The position numbers and the translations under genes were made by a program. Below the pieces are notes generated by a model. The model saw only the letters and a program-made list of their open reading frames with translations. It made no database searches and was not told where the DNA came from. From a virus (Duplodnaviria > Caudoviricetes), in IMG/VR virus record IMGVR_UViG_3300020045_005585, positions 1-26,709 of that record: a DNA stretch of 26,709 bases; one strand, given 5' to 3'. Positions 9,249 to 17,000 of the stretch are shown here, in pieces (position 1 is the first letter of the stretch; every line of letters starts with the position of its first letter).

Positions 9249-10108
9249 TCACTTTCTGCCTGTATCCCATTGAAGATCTCATGGACTTCGGGTAGCTTTG
9301 CCACAGTCGTCAAATAGCGAGGACCTGTGCTGTAAGCAAAACCACGGAGGCCAGGCCAGCACCGAAAGCGATGGGCGCAATAACTACAGCCAGTGCTGAG
9401 TTTACGGTTTCCGCTTTTTCCGTCAGGTACGTCTTCGTAGCAGCGGGTAGGGACTTCTTCATTTTCTATGACTTCTTTTAAATGAGTGATTCGTTGTTCA
9501 GGCGGGTGGTAAGAGATGCTGTTTGCAGACAGAGACGTTACACAGAGGGCACCAGAGACCTTGTCAAAGGCGATCCAAGCAGCAGGCTTGTCAGGGGTCA
9601 GGACAGACGCATAACCCGCTAGCTGAGCCACATATCCGAATGGATCATCCTCTTCTACGGCCCCTTTACGGAACTTCTGGAAGCCGAAGGGGGAAGCAGA
9701 TTTCACATCGACTACGACACCATCTACGATAGCATCTATGTGCCCGAGGACGCCGTCGACTTCAACTTCTCTCTGTTCATCTGTGACAGTGTGACCTGCC
9801 TCTTTGACAAGGAAGAGGACAAGCTCTTCAATGACATGTCCGTAGAGGAACTTAAAGAGTGTCTGGTTGCTTAGCTCTTCTTTTGTTCCGTCTTCTGGGT
9901 GGGCGTCGTACCAGATTTGTCTGTCGGGCTTTCCGAGGGCAGAAAATCGTAGAGGGGATCGTCCATCTGGCTGCTTGGACAGAGATGACTTGAGAGTGTT
10001 TCGTAGGTTATCACAGAAGGTATCAAGATTTTCTTCAGAAACTTCATGGTGTTCGTTCCTATCAAAGAGGTTGTATACGTCGTCGACGAGAGTGTTAAGA
10101 GTTTTCAA
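9245..10108 (-). CDS. PD-(D/E)XK Cas4/RecB-like exonuclease
   Basis: GHVIEE, GHIDAIVDGVVVDVKS, QxxxY and C-terminal CSYC...C. TTG 10108 with GGAG 6 nt upstream is preferred to 10120. Confidence 0.85.
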   Translation of the reverse strand: MKTLNTLVDDVYNLFDRNEHHEVSEENLDTFCDNLRNTLKSSLSKQPDGRSPLRFSALGKPDRQIWYDAHPEDGTKEELSNQTLFKFLYGHVIEELVLFLVKEAGHTVTDEQREVEVDGVLGHIDAIVDGVVVDVKSASPFGFQKFRKGAVEEDDPFGYVAQLAGYASVLTPDKPAAWIAFDKVSGALCVTSLSANSISYHPPEQRITHLKEVIENEEVPTRCYEDVPDGKSGNRKLSTGCSYCAHRFRCWPGLRGFAYSTGPRYLTTVAKLPEVHEIFNGIQAESD

Positions 10109-10310
10109 TAGGGTCTCCAATAAAGGGCTGGAAGCTCCATTTAGTCTCAGAGAGATCTTCCTGTGTTACTACGAAGTGCGCGAAGTCGATTGATCTCAGT
10201 TTGTCCCCTATCTCTACAGGATCGGTCGGGTCGAGAACATCGACAGAACAAGTCCCCATTTGAAGGAGGGAGCTTTCACGGACGAAGGCGAACTTAAGGC
10301 GATCAGCCAA
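10095..10310 (-). CDS. Hypothetical protein
   Basis: 71-aa ORF overlapping the exonuclease start, in operon orientation. Confidence 0.55.
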   Translation of the reverse strand: MADRLKFAFVRESSLLQMGTCSVDVLDPTDPVEIGDKLRSIDFAHFVVTQEDLSETKWSFQPFIGDPIENS

Positions 10311-10382
10311 TTAACCACACCCATTTGTAAACATGTCTGAAAAGAATTTCTTTAGTTTGTTCCACATAGGAAACTTTCTTGT

Positions 10383-10450
10383 TGGCACCCGCTCTGGAAT
10401 CTAACCAGTCCCACCCCTACGGGGCGATGCTACCATTACACTAAACGGGC
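10383..10450 (-). ncRNA. 68-nt tRNA-like RNA with encoded CCA and truncated anticodon arm
   Basis: Minus strand: GCCCGTT TA GTGT AATGGTA GCAT C GCCCC GTA GGGGT GGGA CTGG TTAGATT CCAG AGCGGGT G CCA. It has a 7-bp acceptor stem, a D arm with GG, a 13-nt anticodon arm and a 4-bp T stem. Confidence 0.8.
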
Positions 10451-10466
10451 GTACTTATGATAGATT

Positions 10467-10497
10467 AGGCGAGGCGGTCGACATGACCACCCCACCC
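10467..10497 (-). other. 13-bp RNA hairpin between SSB and the tRNA-like RNA
   Basis: GGGTGGGGTGGTC-ATGTC-GACCGCCTCGCCT; four G.U pairs make it minus-strand specific; no U-tract follows. Confidence 0.6.
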
Positions 10498-10525
10498 TTC
10501 TCTCTTACTCGAAGCGTTGCTTCTC

Positions 10526-11092
10526 TTAGATGACGTCGTCGATGTCGTCGTCAAGATCAAAATCCTTCTTGAAGGTCTTGGCCTCCGTGCTACCGATCAG
10601 GTCAGCCTGCTGAGCCTCGTCAAAGAACTCATCAGTCTCGTCAAGAGCGTCAAACTCACTACGAGTGAAAGGAACCAGTTTCAAGACGCGGATCGAGCGA
10701 GGGTAGACACCCTTCGGCTTTGCCTTACCGTTGTCGACTACAGCGAACTTCAGATCGATATCGGAGAGATTGCCGATCTCTACGTCCTGATCCCAAAGGG
10801 CTCCCTTGATATCTACGACCTTGATAGGATCGTTCTTGGTGCCGTCACGACGCTCAGCAGCCTGCTTAAACGTCATGTAAGGAGCACCATCGAGGTAGTT
10901 ATCCTTCTGCTTGATCTTGTTGCCAATACCCAGTGCCTTGGCTTCCTTGACAGTGTCAGGGGTCAGGACGAGATCAATCGTCCAGTTCAGATTGTCGTCA
11001 AAGGGATTGCCGATTGGCTTGCCGAGGATCTTAGCATACATTGCTTTGCCACGGAATACTACTACTTGCGAATTACTCAAAATATTACTCAA
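10526..11092 (-). CDS. Single-stranded DNA-binding protein (T7 gp2.5-like)
   Basis: GKAMYAK, WTIDL, PIKVVD, IGNLS and acidic tail DFDLDDDIDDVI; has its own strong promoter. Confidence 0.75.
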   Translation of the reverse strand: MSNILSNSQVVVFRGKAMYAKILGKPIGNPFDDNLNWTIDLVLTPDTVKEAKALGIGNKIKQKDNYLDGAPYMTFKQAAERRDGTKNDPIKVVDIKGALWDQDVEIGNLSDIDLKFAVVDNGKAKPKGVYPRSIRVLKLVPFTRSEFDALDETDEFFDEAQQADLIGSTEAKTFKKDFDLDDDIDDVI

Positions 11093-11133
11093 ATTAGATT
11101 GTTAAAAGCATAAGGCCTCATACCTTATACATA

Positions 11134-11162
11134 ATTATACCACAAAACGTGGCATTTGTCAA
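11134..11162 (-). promoter_or_regulatory. Consensus sigma70 promoter for SSB and downstream genes
   Basis: TTGACA-17 nt-TATAAT with extended -10 TG. Confidence 0.9.
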
Positions 11163-11169
11163 GGATTAT

Positions 11170-11379
11170 TTAATTATAATTTTGATACTCTCCTGTATAC
11201 AGGTGCGGCCAAAATTTATCAAATCGTTGCTCTATAAATTCGGCTAGATGATCAAAACCTTCTTCGTCGCTTTCGTAAACCATAGGATGCGTCATTAGAA
11301 AGTCGTGTACTTCAAGACAGAAAGAGGAGACATCTTCTTGGTAGATTTTAGTCATCCGGGGATCCATCCGAAAATACAA
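11170..11379 (-). CDS. Hypothetical acidic protein
   Basis: 69-aa ORF in operon orientation; start uncertain. Confidence 0.55.
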   Translation of the reverse strand: MYFRMDPRMTKIYQEDVSSFCLEVHDFLMTHPMVYESDEEGFDHLAEFIEQRFDKFWPHLYTGEYQNYN

Positions 11380-11397
11380 TTGTAGTAGAAAGACGCC

Positions 11398-11622
11398 TCA
11401 TGTGTCGCTGAGTCCGTAGGGAAGCTGGGCGTCTTCTCGGAACGCGGGCTGGGTTTTTCCAGTGAACTCGGCGATGGCCTCGTGGCCCTTTGGCGTGACG
11501 AGACCGAAGTCGTCAATACATCCGTCAGCATAACATTCCATTCCTACGTCGTTGTAAACCTTTGGTGAAAGGCAGGGTGAGTTGGTCAGAAACCAGTATT
11601 GATCAAGTGTTAGCATTGTCAT
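11398..11622 (-). CDS. Hypothetical protein
   Basis: 74 aa; VTPKG motif reminiscent of a winged-helix wing. Confidence 0.55.
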   Translation of the reverse strand: MTMLTLDQYWFLTNSPCLSPKVYNDVGMECYADGCIDDFGLVTPKGHEAIAEFTGKTQPAFREDAQLPYGLSDT

Positions 11623-11983
11623 TATACTTTCTCATGTACTCTACTAATTTTTCTAGTTCTTCAAAAGAAGCATCATTCTTCAATCGATTAGCTCTCCAAG
11701 AAATTATTTCAATATTACCTTTGACGTAACCCTTTGCAGGAATAACTCGATCAATAGAAGGAGTGTTGTTAGTACGGCCCCGTTGACTAAAGAATAACGG
11801 TATTCCCAGAATGGGACAAGTTTCAGGAAATATAATATCTTCCGGTTGTAGGTCAAACGGAACATCTTGGCGATTTGCCCGACCTTTCGCCGCTAACACG
11901 TAACTTCTGGCAGGATTTCCTCTATGCCACTTAGCTGTTCTTTCATTACGTTTGTCACGATCCTCTCTGAACATTTTTACCAT
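11603..11983 (-). CDS. HNH-like homing endonuclease, paralog of 4246-4659
   Basis: CPILGIPL...PSIDRVIPAKGYVKGNIEIISWRANRLKN; ATG overlaps the polymerase stop (TAATG). Confidence 0.78.
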   Translation of the reverse strand: MVKMFREDRDKRNERTAKWHRGNPARSYVLAAKGRANRQDVPFDLQPEDIIFPETCPILGIPLFFSQRGRTNNTPSIDRVIPAKGYVKGNIEIISWRANRLKNDASFEELEKLVEYMRKYNDNANT

Positions 11984-13818
11984 TAATGAGTTTCTGACCA
12001 CGTAAGACCAACGTCTGCTGAGCATTCAATAGGAATACGGTAGTTGAAGAACTCGCCAGCTTGGCCGAAAGCTATTGGCAGTAATTCTAAAAACGGGTCG
12101 ACGTGTTCAACTAGAACATCGTATTGATGCTCATCGTGTACATCACAAACTTTAAGAACATCTAATCTGCGCCTACGAATTTCTCTGTCAGTGAGGATAG
12201 CAGCCTTCTTCATGATTCGAGATTCATCCCCTTGAAGAAGGTATCCGAGCCTAGTGTGGGGCTGCTTGACGATGATAGGAGTGCCGTCGATAAGCCGGAT
12301 ACGTCCAGTCCTTTCGACTTCTCTTTCCAAGCGAGAGAGCAACTCCTGCAATCCAGGAAAATTGTTGACAAATCGTGACTTAATTTCCTTGCCGTCTCTT
12401 GTAGAACCTCCGATGATGGAGCCGACTTTTGCATCTCCTGCTCCAAGAAGGAAAGCATAGATGAAAGTTTTGCTGATTGCGCGGCTAGCGAAGCCACCAA
12501 TTTCTTGGTTGTAGGAATGAGGGTCTCCATCGAGCACCGCCTCCGTAAATGCGGGGTTATTTAGGTAATGAGCGAGAACACGTAGCTGTATACCTTTTGC
12601 GTCAACACCGACCAGCCTACGCCTAACGCGATCCCTAGTAGTCCAAAGGTCACGAGCTTCGTAAGTGTAAGCCCCCATGTCTTCCATGAGAGGGTTGCCA
12701 TTATGTCCGACTCGAACAGCCGGGATGTTAGCAGTATTAGGCCCGCTGTGCTTATACCGTAAGGTATTAGCAAGCCACAGACTACCATGAATGCAATGAG
12801 TATCGTCATTATATGCCTCGATCCAAGTATTGATCATGTTCGCCCGGGCGTTGACTTCCATCCACTTGGCGATTAATGCGGGCTCTGGTCTACCAGACTC
12901 TTGAACAAATCTAACGAGAGTGGGAACAAGTTTCCCTTTGTCTGTTGGCTTGGGGTTTCCTGTATCTGTTCGCTCGTCTGGTCCGGGAACCCATCCAAGT
13001 TCAAGGAGCTTCGCAACTCTTTGGTCTGGGCTTCCAATGTGGAAAGCAACGTACGCATAAGCATCGTATCCTCCTCCATCGGTGATGTCCAGCCTTTCGT
13101 ACTCGTCAAGGTGTCGGAGATAATTGGCAGTAAATTCTCCATCTTTCTTACGAGCTTGCTTGAAGTGCTTGACACATTCGAGTTGTGGGGGCCAATAGGT
13201 GAGGATTTCATCTCGTATTTCATTCTCTCGGTTACGTAGGCGAGCGTAGAAGACATGCGCCTCTTGGATGTTAAAGTGGAAGCCGTTCTTTTTCTGCTGC
13301 TGAATCAAAGCCCAGGACCTATGCTCAAGCTCGATACCGAGTTCTGTGAACTTAGCAGCCCTCATCTTCTTTACGAGGCTGATATACGTCCTACGGCACA
13401 GGTGAGAGTCGTTAAGACAGTACCGTACCATCTCAGGTGTCAGTTGGGAGAAATCGTTGTATTCGCCTTTAGGGAAGCGAAGGCGCTCGCCCCAAGCTGC
13501 TAGACCGTGACCACCATCAAGACTAGGACTAAACAACATGCTGAGAAGAAGAGTGTCGATAAGGCACCCCACTGTAATTCGTGTATGCAAAACCCGATTA
13601 AGAGTCGGAGCATCATAGCCAAGCCCATTATGAAAAATAAGTTTGCAACCAGTATTAACACGCTCATCGATCCAATCCTTTATTTCTGTGGTGTCAGTTA
13701 AAACAACTTCTTCTTCGGTCTTCACGTTCACGGCGGTTAGGCACCAGATCCTTGTGGAGGGGATCAGGTCGCCTTCAATATCACATGCCCAGTAATTCTC
13801 ATTCGGTGTTAGGTACAA
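11983..13818 (-). CDS. Family A DNA polymerase (T7 gp5-like) with 3'-5' exonuclease
   Basis: Exo motifs CDIEG, HNGLGYD, YCLND; motif A VDAKGIQLRVLAH, motif B RAISKTFIYAFLLG, motif C VHDE. Confidence 0.95.
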   Translation of the reverse strand: MYLTPNENYWACDIEGDLIPSTRIWCLTAVNVKTEEEVVLTDTTEIKDWIDERVNTGCKLIFHNGLGYDAPTLNRVLHTRITVGCLIDTLLLSMLFSPSLDGGHGLAAWGERLRFPKGEYNDFSQLTPEMVRYCLNDSHLCRRTYISLVKKMRAAKFTELGIELEHRSWALIQQQKKNGFHFNIQEAHVFYARLRNRENEIRDEILTYWPPQLECVKHFKQARKKDGEFTANYLRHLDEYERLDITDGGGYDAYAYVAFHIGSPDQRVAKLLELGWVPGPDERTDTGNPKPTDKGKLVPTLVRFVQESGRPEPALIAKWMEVNARANMINTWIEAYNDDTHCIHGSLWLANTLRYKHSGPNTANIPAVRVGHNGNPLMEDMGAYTYEARDLWTTRDRVRRRLVGVDAKGIQLRVLAHYLNNPAFTEAVLDGDPHSYNQEIGGFASRAISKTFIYAFLLGAGDAKVGSIIGGSTRDGKEIKSRFVNNFPGLQELLSRLEREVERTGRIRLIDGTPIIVKQPHTRLGYLLQGDESRIMKKAAILTDREIRRRRLDVLKVCDVHDEHQYDVLVEHVDPFLELLPIAFGQAGEFFNYRIPIECSADVGLTWSETH

Positions 13819-13981
13819 GTTTCCACTCTTTTTTCACATCTTCCACAACAGCAATTATTTGATTGAAGTGTTGCTCTTCGAGAGGGCATCCTTCCAAAAC
13901 ACCCGCAAACCAATGATTAACTTCTCCATCAATTCTACTTAGGAATTGTAAATCTCGTTGTTTACCAGACTTGGTCATCAC
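13799..13981 (-). CDS. Hypothetical protein
   Basis: 60 aa bridging helicase and polymerase; GGAGGAG RBS. Confidence 0.55.
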   Translation of the reverse strand: MMTKSGKQRDLQFLSRIDGEVNHWFAGVLEGCPLEEQHFNQIIAVVEDVKKEWKLVPNTE

Positions 13982-15635
13982 CTATGTCTCCTCCGTTTTC
14001 AAAGATTACTGCGTGTTCGTGTTCAAGTTCCGTCAATCTCGCCGTGTCCTTGTTGTACCAGAGGTACGAGGCCGGTCCAGTATAACCACAAAAGCGGTTT
14101 TTCTCCACGGTAACCTTAGTGATATTGCGACGCCACTCAGAGGGGTCAGTCTTGTTACGCTCAAGACGCATAACGATGTTCGCCAACTGTTCAACGCCTG
14201 CGGAACCACGTATCGAGCCTGCACGGTTCGTATGGATAACAGCGATGACTGCAAGGTCCAGTTCCATAGTGAGTGTTTTGAGCTTCGTTGTAATTTCATC
14301 GAGCTGCTTCCTTTCGTCACCCGCCTGATCGCTCACGATAATAGAAAGGTGGTCCACGACAATATACTTACACCCAAGAGCAGCCATGTGGCGGACTTTA
14401 TCCAAGACAGCGTCCACACTATTGCTGCCGAAATGGTCCCAAATGACGACGCGATCATTATTGAGAAGATCATCGTACGCTTTCCTGAGCTCAGCCTCCG
14501 GCCTATCAACTCCCGGGATATGATAAGGAGTCCGATTGTGGATAGAGAGCAAGCCCAAAGCGGTATCACCGTTAGGCTCTTCAAAATGAAGGAAACCCAC
14601 TCCATAATTCTTCTCCTTAGCTTCTTCGTTAGTCAGAATTGAATGTTCGATATGCTTTAGGATTGAAGTCTTACCGACTCCTGTATCAGCAGTAATAACG
14701 ACGAGTTCAGACAGGCGTAGTCCGAATGTAAGGTCGTTGAGGCCCTGGAACGGGTAGGGGACAGTGAAGCTGTCCTTCCTCTCGATAACCTTCCTCCAAA
14801 GGGCGTCCTCAGAGCCCAGGAACAGTCCGTCAGGCTTGAAGACAGGCGCCTGCCACCACTCCCTGTTGAAGTCTTCTCCTGCCTTAGCAAGGAGATAATC
14901 GTTGGCATCCTTGCCTTTACGCAAGGTAAGAACTTTTACTTTTCCAAGCGCAAATCCAGCTCCAGCACAAGCCTTCGCGGCCTTTCGTCCAATTTCGTCG
15001 TTATCAAACGCAAAGACGATGTTCTCGAAAGAATTGAGATACTCAAAATCCTTTCGGACATCACGTTCAGCAGTGGACGCCGAGTGTACTGAAACCACAG
15101 GATACTTCGAACCCATGATTTGATAAGCTGCGAGAGCATCGTCTTGTCCTTCTACTACGGTGATAAACTTAGCGGAGCCTGCTGGGAACGCGTGTCTCCC
15201 GAACAGACCTGCTGCGTTAGGGTCCCCCTCTTGAAGAAAGGTTTTCTTTTCTACTTTTTCACCGTTCTTTTCTACGACAATAGGAGGCATCCGCACCTTG
15301 TTGGCTACGTGATTGCCTGCTACGTCGTAGAGAGGATATTTAGACACGAAGTCGCTATCCCCCTTGCCGACAGAGACCTTATACCTTTTGACAGTCTCGG
15401 CGGTGAAACCTCTGTCAGGGAAGGGTCTAAAGGTCTCTGCTACAGGGGAGAGAGGAATCTTCGGCGTCTTTTGGGTATTCACATTGTTTTGCAGCGGCTC
15501 TGGCAGGGATTCCCCTTTAGGGGGGAAGTTAGTCCCACAAGAGAAGCACTTGCCCCACCCGTTGTCTTGAATACTGTAGCCATCGCTACTGTTGCAAGAG
15601 GGGGAGGGGCACGGTAGGTTGGTCTTAGTATTCAA
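13962..15635 (-). CDS. Primase-helicase (T7 gp4-like)
   Basis: Zn finger CPSPSC...CFSC, TOPRIM VVEG and FDND, Walker A ADTGVGKTS, Walker B VVDH, RGS and KNR motifs. Confidence 0.93.
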   Translation of the reverse strand: MNTKTNLPCPSPSCNSSDGYSIQDNGWGKCFSCGTNFPPKGESLPEPLQNNVNTQKTPKIPLSPVAETFRPFPDRGFTAETVKRYKVSVGKGDSDFVSKYPLYDVAGNHVANKVRMPPIVVEKNGEKVEKKTFLQEGDPNAAGLFGRHAFPAGSAKFITVVEGQDDALAAYQIMGSKYPVVSVHSASTAERDVRKDFEYLNSFENIVFAFDNDEIGRKAAKACAGAGFALGKVKVLTLRKGKDANDYLLAKAGEDFNREWWQAPVFKPDGLFLGSEDALWRKVIERKDSFTVPYPFQGLNDLTFGLRLSELVVITADTGVGKTSILKHIEHSILTNEEAKEKNYGVGFLHFEEPNGDTALGLLSIHNRTPYHIPGVDRPEAELRKAYDDLLNNDRVVIWDHFGSNSVDAVLDKVRHMAALGCKYIVVDHLSIIVSDQAGDERKQLDEITTKLKTLTMELDLAVIAVIHTNRAGSIRGSAGVEQLANIVMRLERNKTDPSEWRRNITKVTVEKNRFCGYTGPASYLWYNKDTARLTELEHEHAVIFENGGDIGDDQVW

Positions 15636-15646
15636 TTATTCATTCG

Positions 15647-15690
15647 TTAGGTTAGTAGTTAGAGATTAGAGATTAGAGGATAGTGATTAG
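15647..15690. repeat. Short TTAG-based repeat array upstream of primase-helicase
   Basis: TTAG at 15647, 15652, 15659, 15666, 15673 and 15687, including tandem TTAGAGA-TTAGAGA-TTAGAGG. Confidence 0.6.
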
Positions 15691-15953
15691 AACTGGTCTA
15701 TGTCGTCAGCCCAAGGTTCTACGGCGTCATCGGGATCGTCTTCAGGGAAATCCTCATCAGCTTCGTCCCAGAGTTCCTCAGCGTCTTCTTCAACTTCAAC
15801 TTGAGCAAACGGAGCAGGGCCTTCGATACCTGCATTGAAAATCGGCAGTATGGCAGGTTGGCCCACGGCATTTTGGAGAAATATTTCTTCAAGGCGTGCC
15901 CTCTCAAAGAGAGGTCTTGTACCGCCTAATTTCCAAGGCGGCTTAAAGGCTTC
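15687..15953 (-). CDS. Acidic coding frame overlapping the nucleotidyltransferase 3' end in -1 (frameshift extension, or 59-aa gene from GTG 15866)
   Basis: 88 sense codons ending EVEEDAEELWDEADEDFPEDDPDDAVEPWADDIDQF*; no ATG; absent from the ORF track. Confidence 0.6.
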   Translation of the reverse strand, partial: EAFKPPWKLGGTRPLFERARLEEIFLQNAVGQPAILPIFNAGIEGPAPFAQVEVEEDAEELWDEADEDFPEDDPDDAVEPWADDIDQF

Positions 15954-16720
15954 TTAGGTCTCGTGTCCTTTACTGTGAAAGTCGGCACTCCGAACTTACC
16001 TATGAAAGAATAAGCACGAGTTTTAGGCCTGTCGTTGTCGACTTCGATAACCTTCGAGTTAACCCCCTCCATAAAAGAGTCAGACAGTTTGTACTGAGAA
16101 GTCTGAGGGTCGTAGAGGCAGCGAACCATGTTGTAGTCGAAACCATCTACGAAGGAGATCGGATCCTCCTGCGACAATCTTTCGTCACGATGTCCGATGA
16201 ACTGTATCCGCAAGAAGATATACTTATTCTCTATCTCCGTCCAGCGAGGTTCTGCATAACCTCCCGGTTCCCAGAACTCCAAGTTATACGCCTCTACCGC
16301 GTCAGGATTGTACTCCCCTGTTTCGAACACAAAGAAAGCTCCCGCCCCTTGCTTGGCAGAGCTACCCATGTAGTCGACGGAGTTGACTCCTCGAAGAGTG
16401 TTATCCTTTATGGTGCGGAATCGAGGGTCTTTCTGAAGAGCGTCGACGACACGGACACCGAAGAGAAGGACTACGTCTTCTTGTTCATCCTCAGGGATTT
16501 TAGAGATATCGAGAAAGACGTCGTAGTCATTCACAGGCAGGCCGTACATGGCGTCTCGGATTGCGCCTCCTGCGATGACAGGTGTGCGTAGGGCAGAGAA
16601 GGATTCGTCTCGTGCTTCCTTTATCGCAATACCAAGGGCTTTGATGACACCGTCTAGTCTCTTCGACTGTTTGATGTTTGTAGATTCAGAGAAGTTCAGG
16701 ACTTCTTTTTCAGTTTTCAT
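15926..16720 (-). CDS. Nucleotidyltransferase (CCA-adding/poly(A) polymerase head-like)
   Basis: IAGGAIRD...NDYDVF motif A, IQFI strand and FDY motif. ATG 16720 has AGGAG upstream and follows a promoter, so the track start at 16804 is rejected. Confidence 0.8.
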   Translation of the reverse strand: MKTEKEVLNFSESTNIKQSKRLDGVIKALGIAIKEARDESFSALRTPVIAGGAIRDAMYGLPVNDYDVFLDISKIPEDEQEDVVLLFGVRVVDALQKDPRFRTIKDNTLRGVNSVDYMGSSAKQGAGAFFVFETGEYNPDAVEAYNLEFWEPGGYAEPRWTEIENKYIFLRIQFIGHRDERLSQEDPISFVDGFDYNMVRCLYDPQTSQYKLSDSFMEGVNSKVIEVDNDRPKTRAYSFIGKFGVPTFTVKDTRPKKPLSRLGN

Positions 16721-16741
16721 TTTAACTACCTTACTCCTAGT

Positions 16742-16770
16742 AGTATACAGCAATTTAAGCTTATTGTCAA
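16742..16770 (-). promoter_or_regulatory. sigma70 promoter for the nucleotidyltransferase and replication genes
   Basis: TTGACA-17 nt-TATACT. Confidence 0.85.
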
Positions 16771-17000
16771 GTCTTTTCTGATACCAGTTCAGAGACATTT
16801 TCATTATCTTTCTGATAAAGCTCGAAGAAAATTCCTTCCCCTACGAGCTGTTGAGTTATCTCTTCGTCGGAATCGTCGTTGAAGAGCTCTCCGATGACCT
16901 CGAGACATCGTCCGCAAGGGGAGAAACCTCCTCGGCCATACTCAGGAGTCATTTTGATTTCGTCGGGGGCGAGCTGAGCGTCGCAACAATGGCAGTGCAT
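16767..17000 (-). CDS. Small Zn-finger protein
   Basis: CHCC...CGRC with acidic tail; TAATG coupling to the upstream gene. Confidence 0.7.
   Translation of the reverse strand: MHCHCCDAQLAPDEIKMTPEYGRGGFSPCGRCLEVIGELFNDDSDEEITQQLVGEGIFFELYQKDNENVSELVSEKT

Noticed and set aside
9245-10120. Cas4-like gene as part of a CRISPR system
   Set aside because: No repeat-spacer array or other cas genes seen; solo Cas4-like nucleases are common in phage replication modules.
10383-10450. Canonical tRNA-Tyr(GTA)
   Set aside because: Anticodon arm is 4 nt short, with no U33, no long variable arm and a G discriminator; kept as a tRNA-like RNA.
4652-13818. Introns or inteins in nrdJ or the polymerase
   Set aside because: Both frames are continuous, of normal length and have motifs in order.
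15719-15907. 62-aa ORF-track call and stop readthrough from the NTase
   Set aside because: The overlapping acidic frame looks far more like coding sequence.
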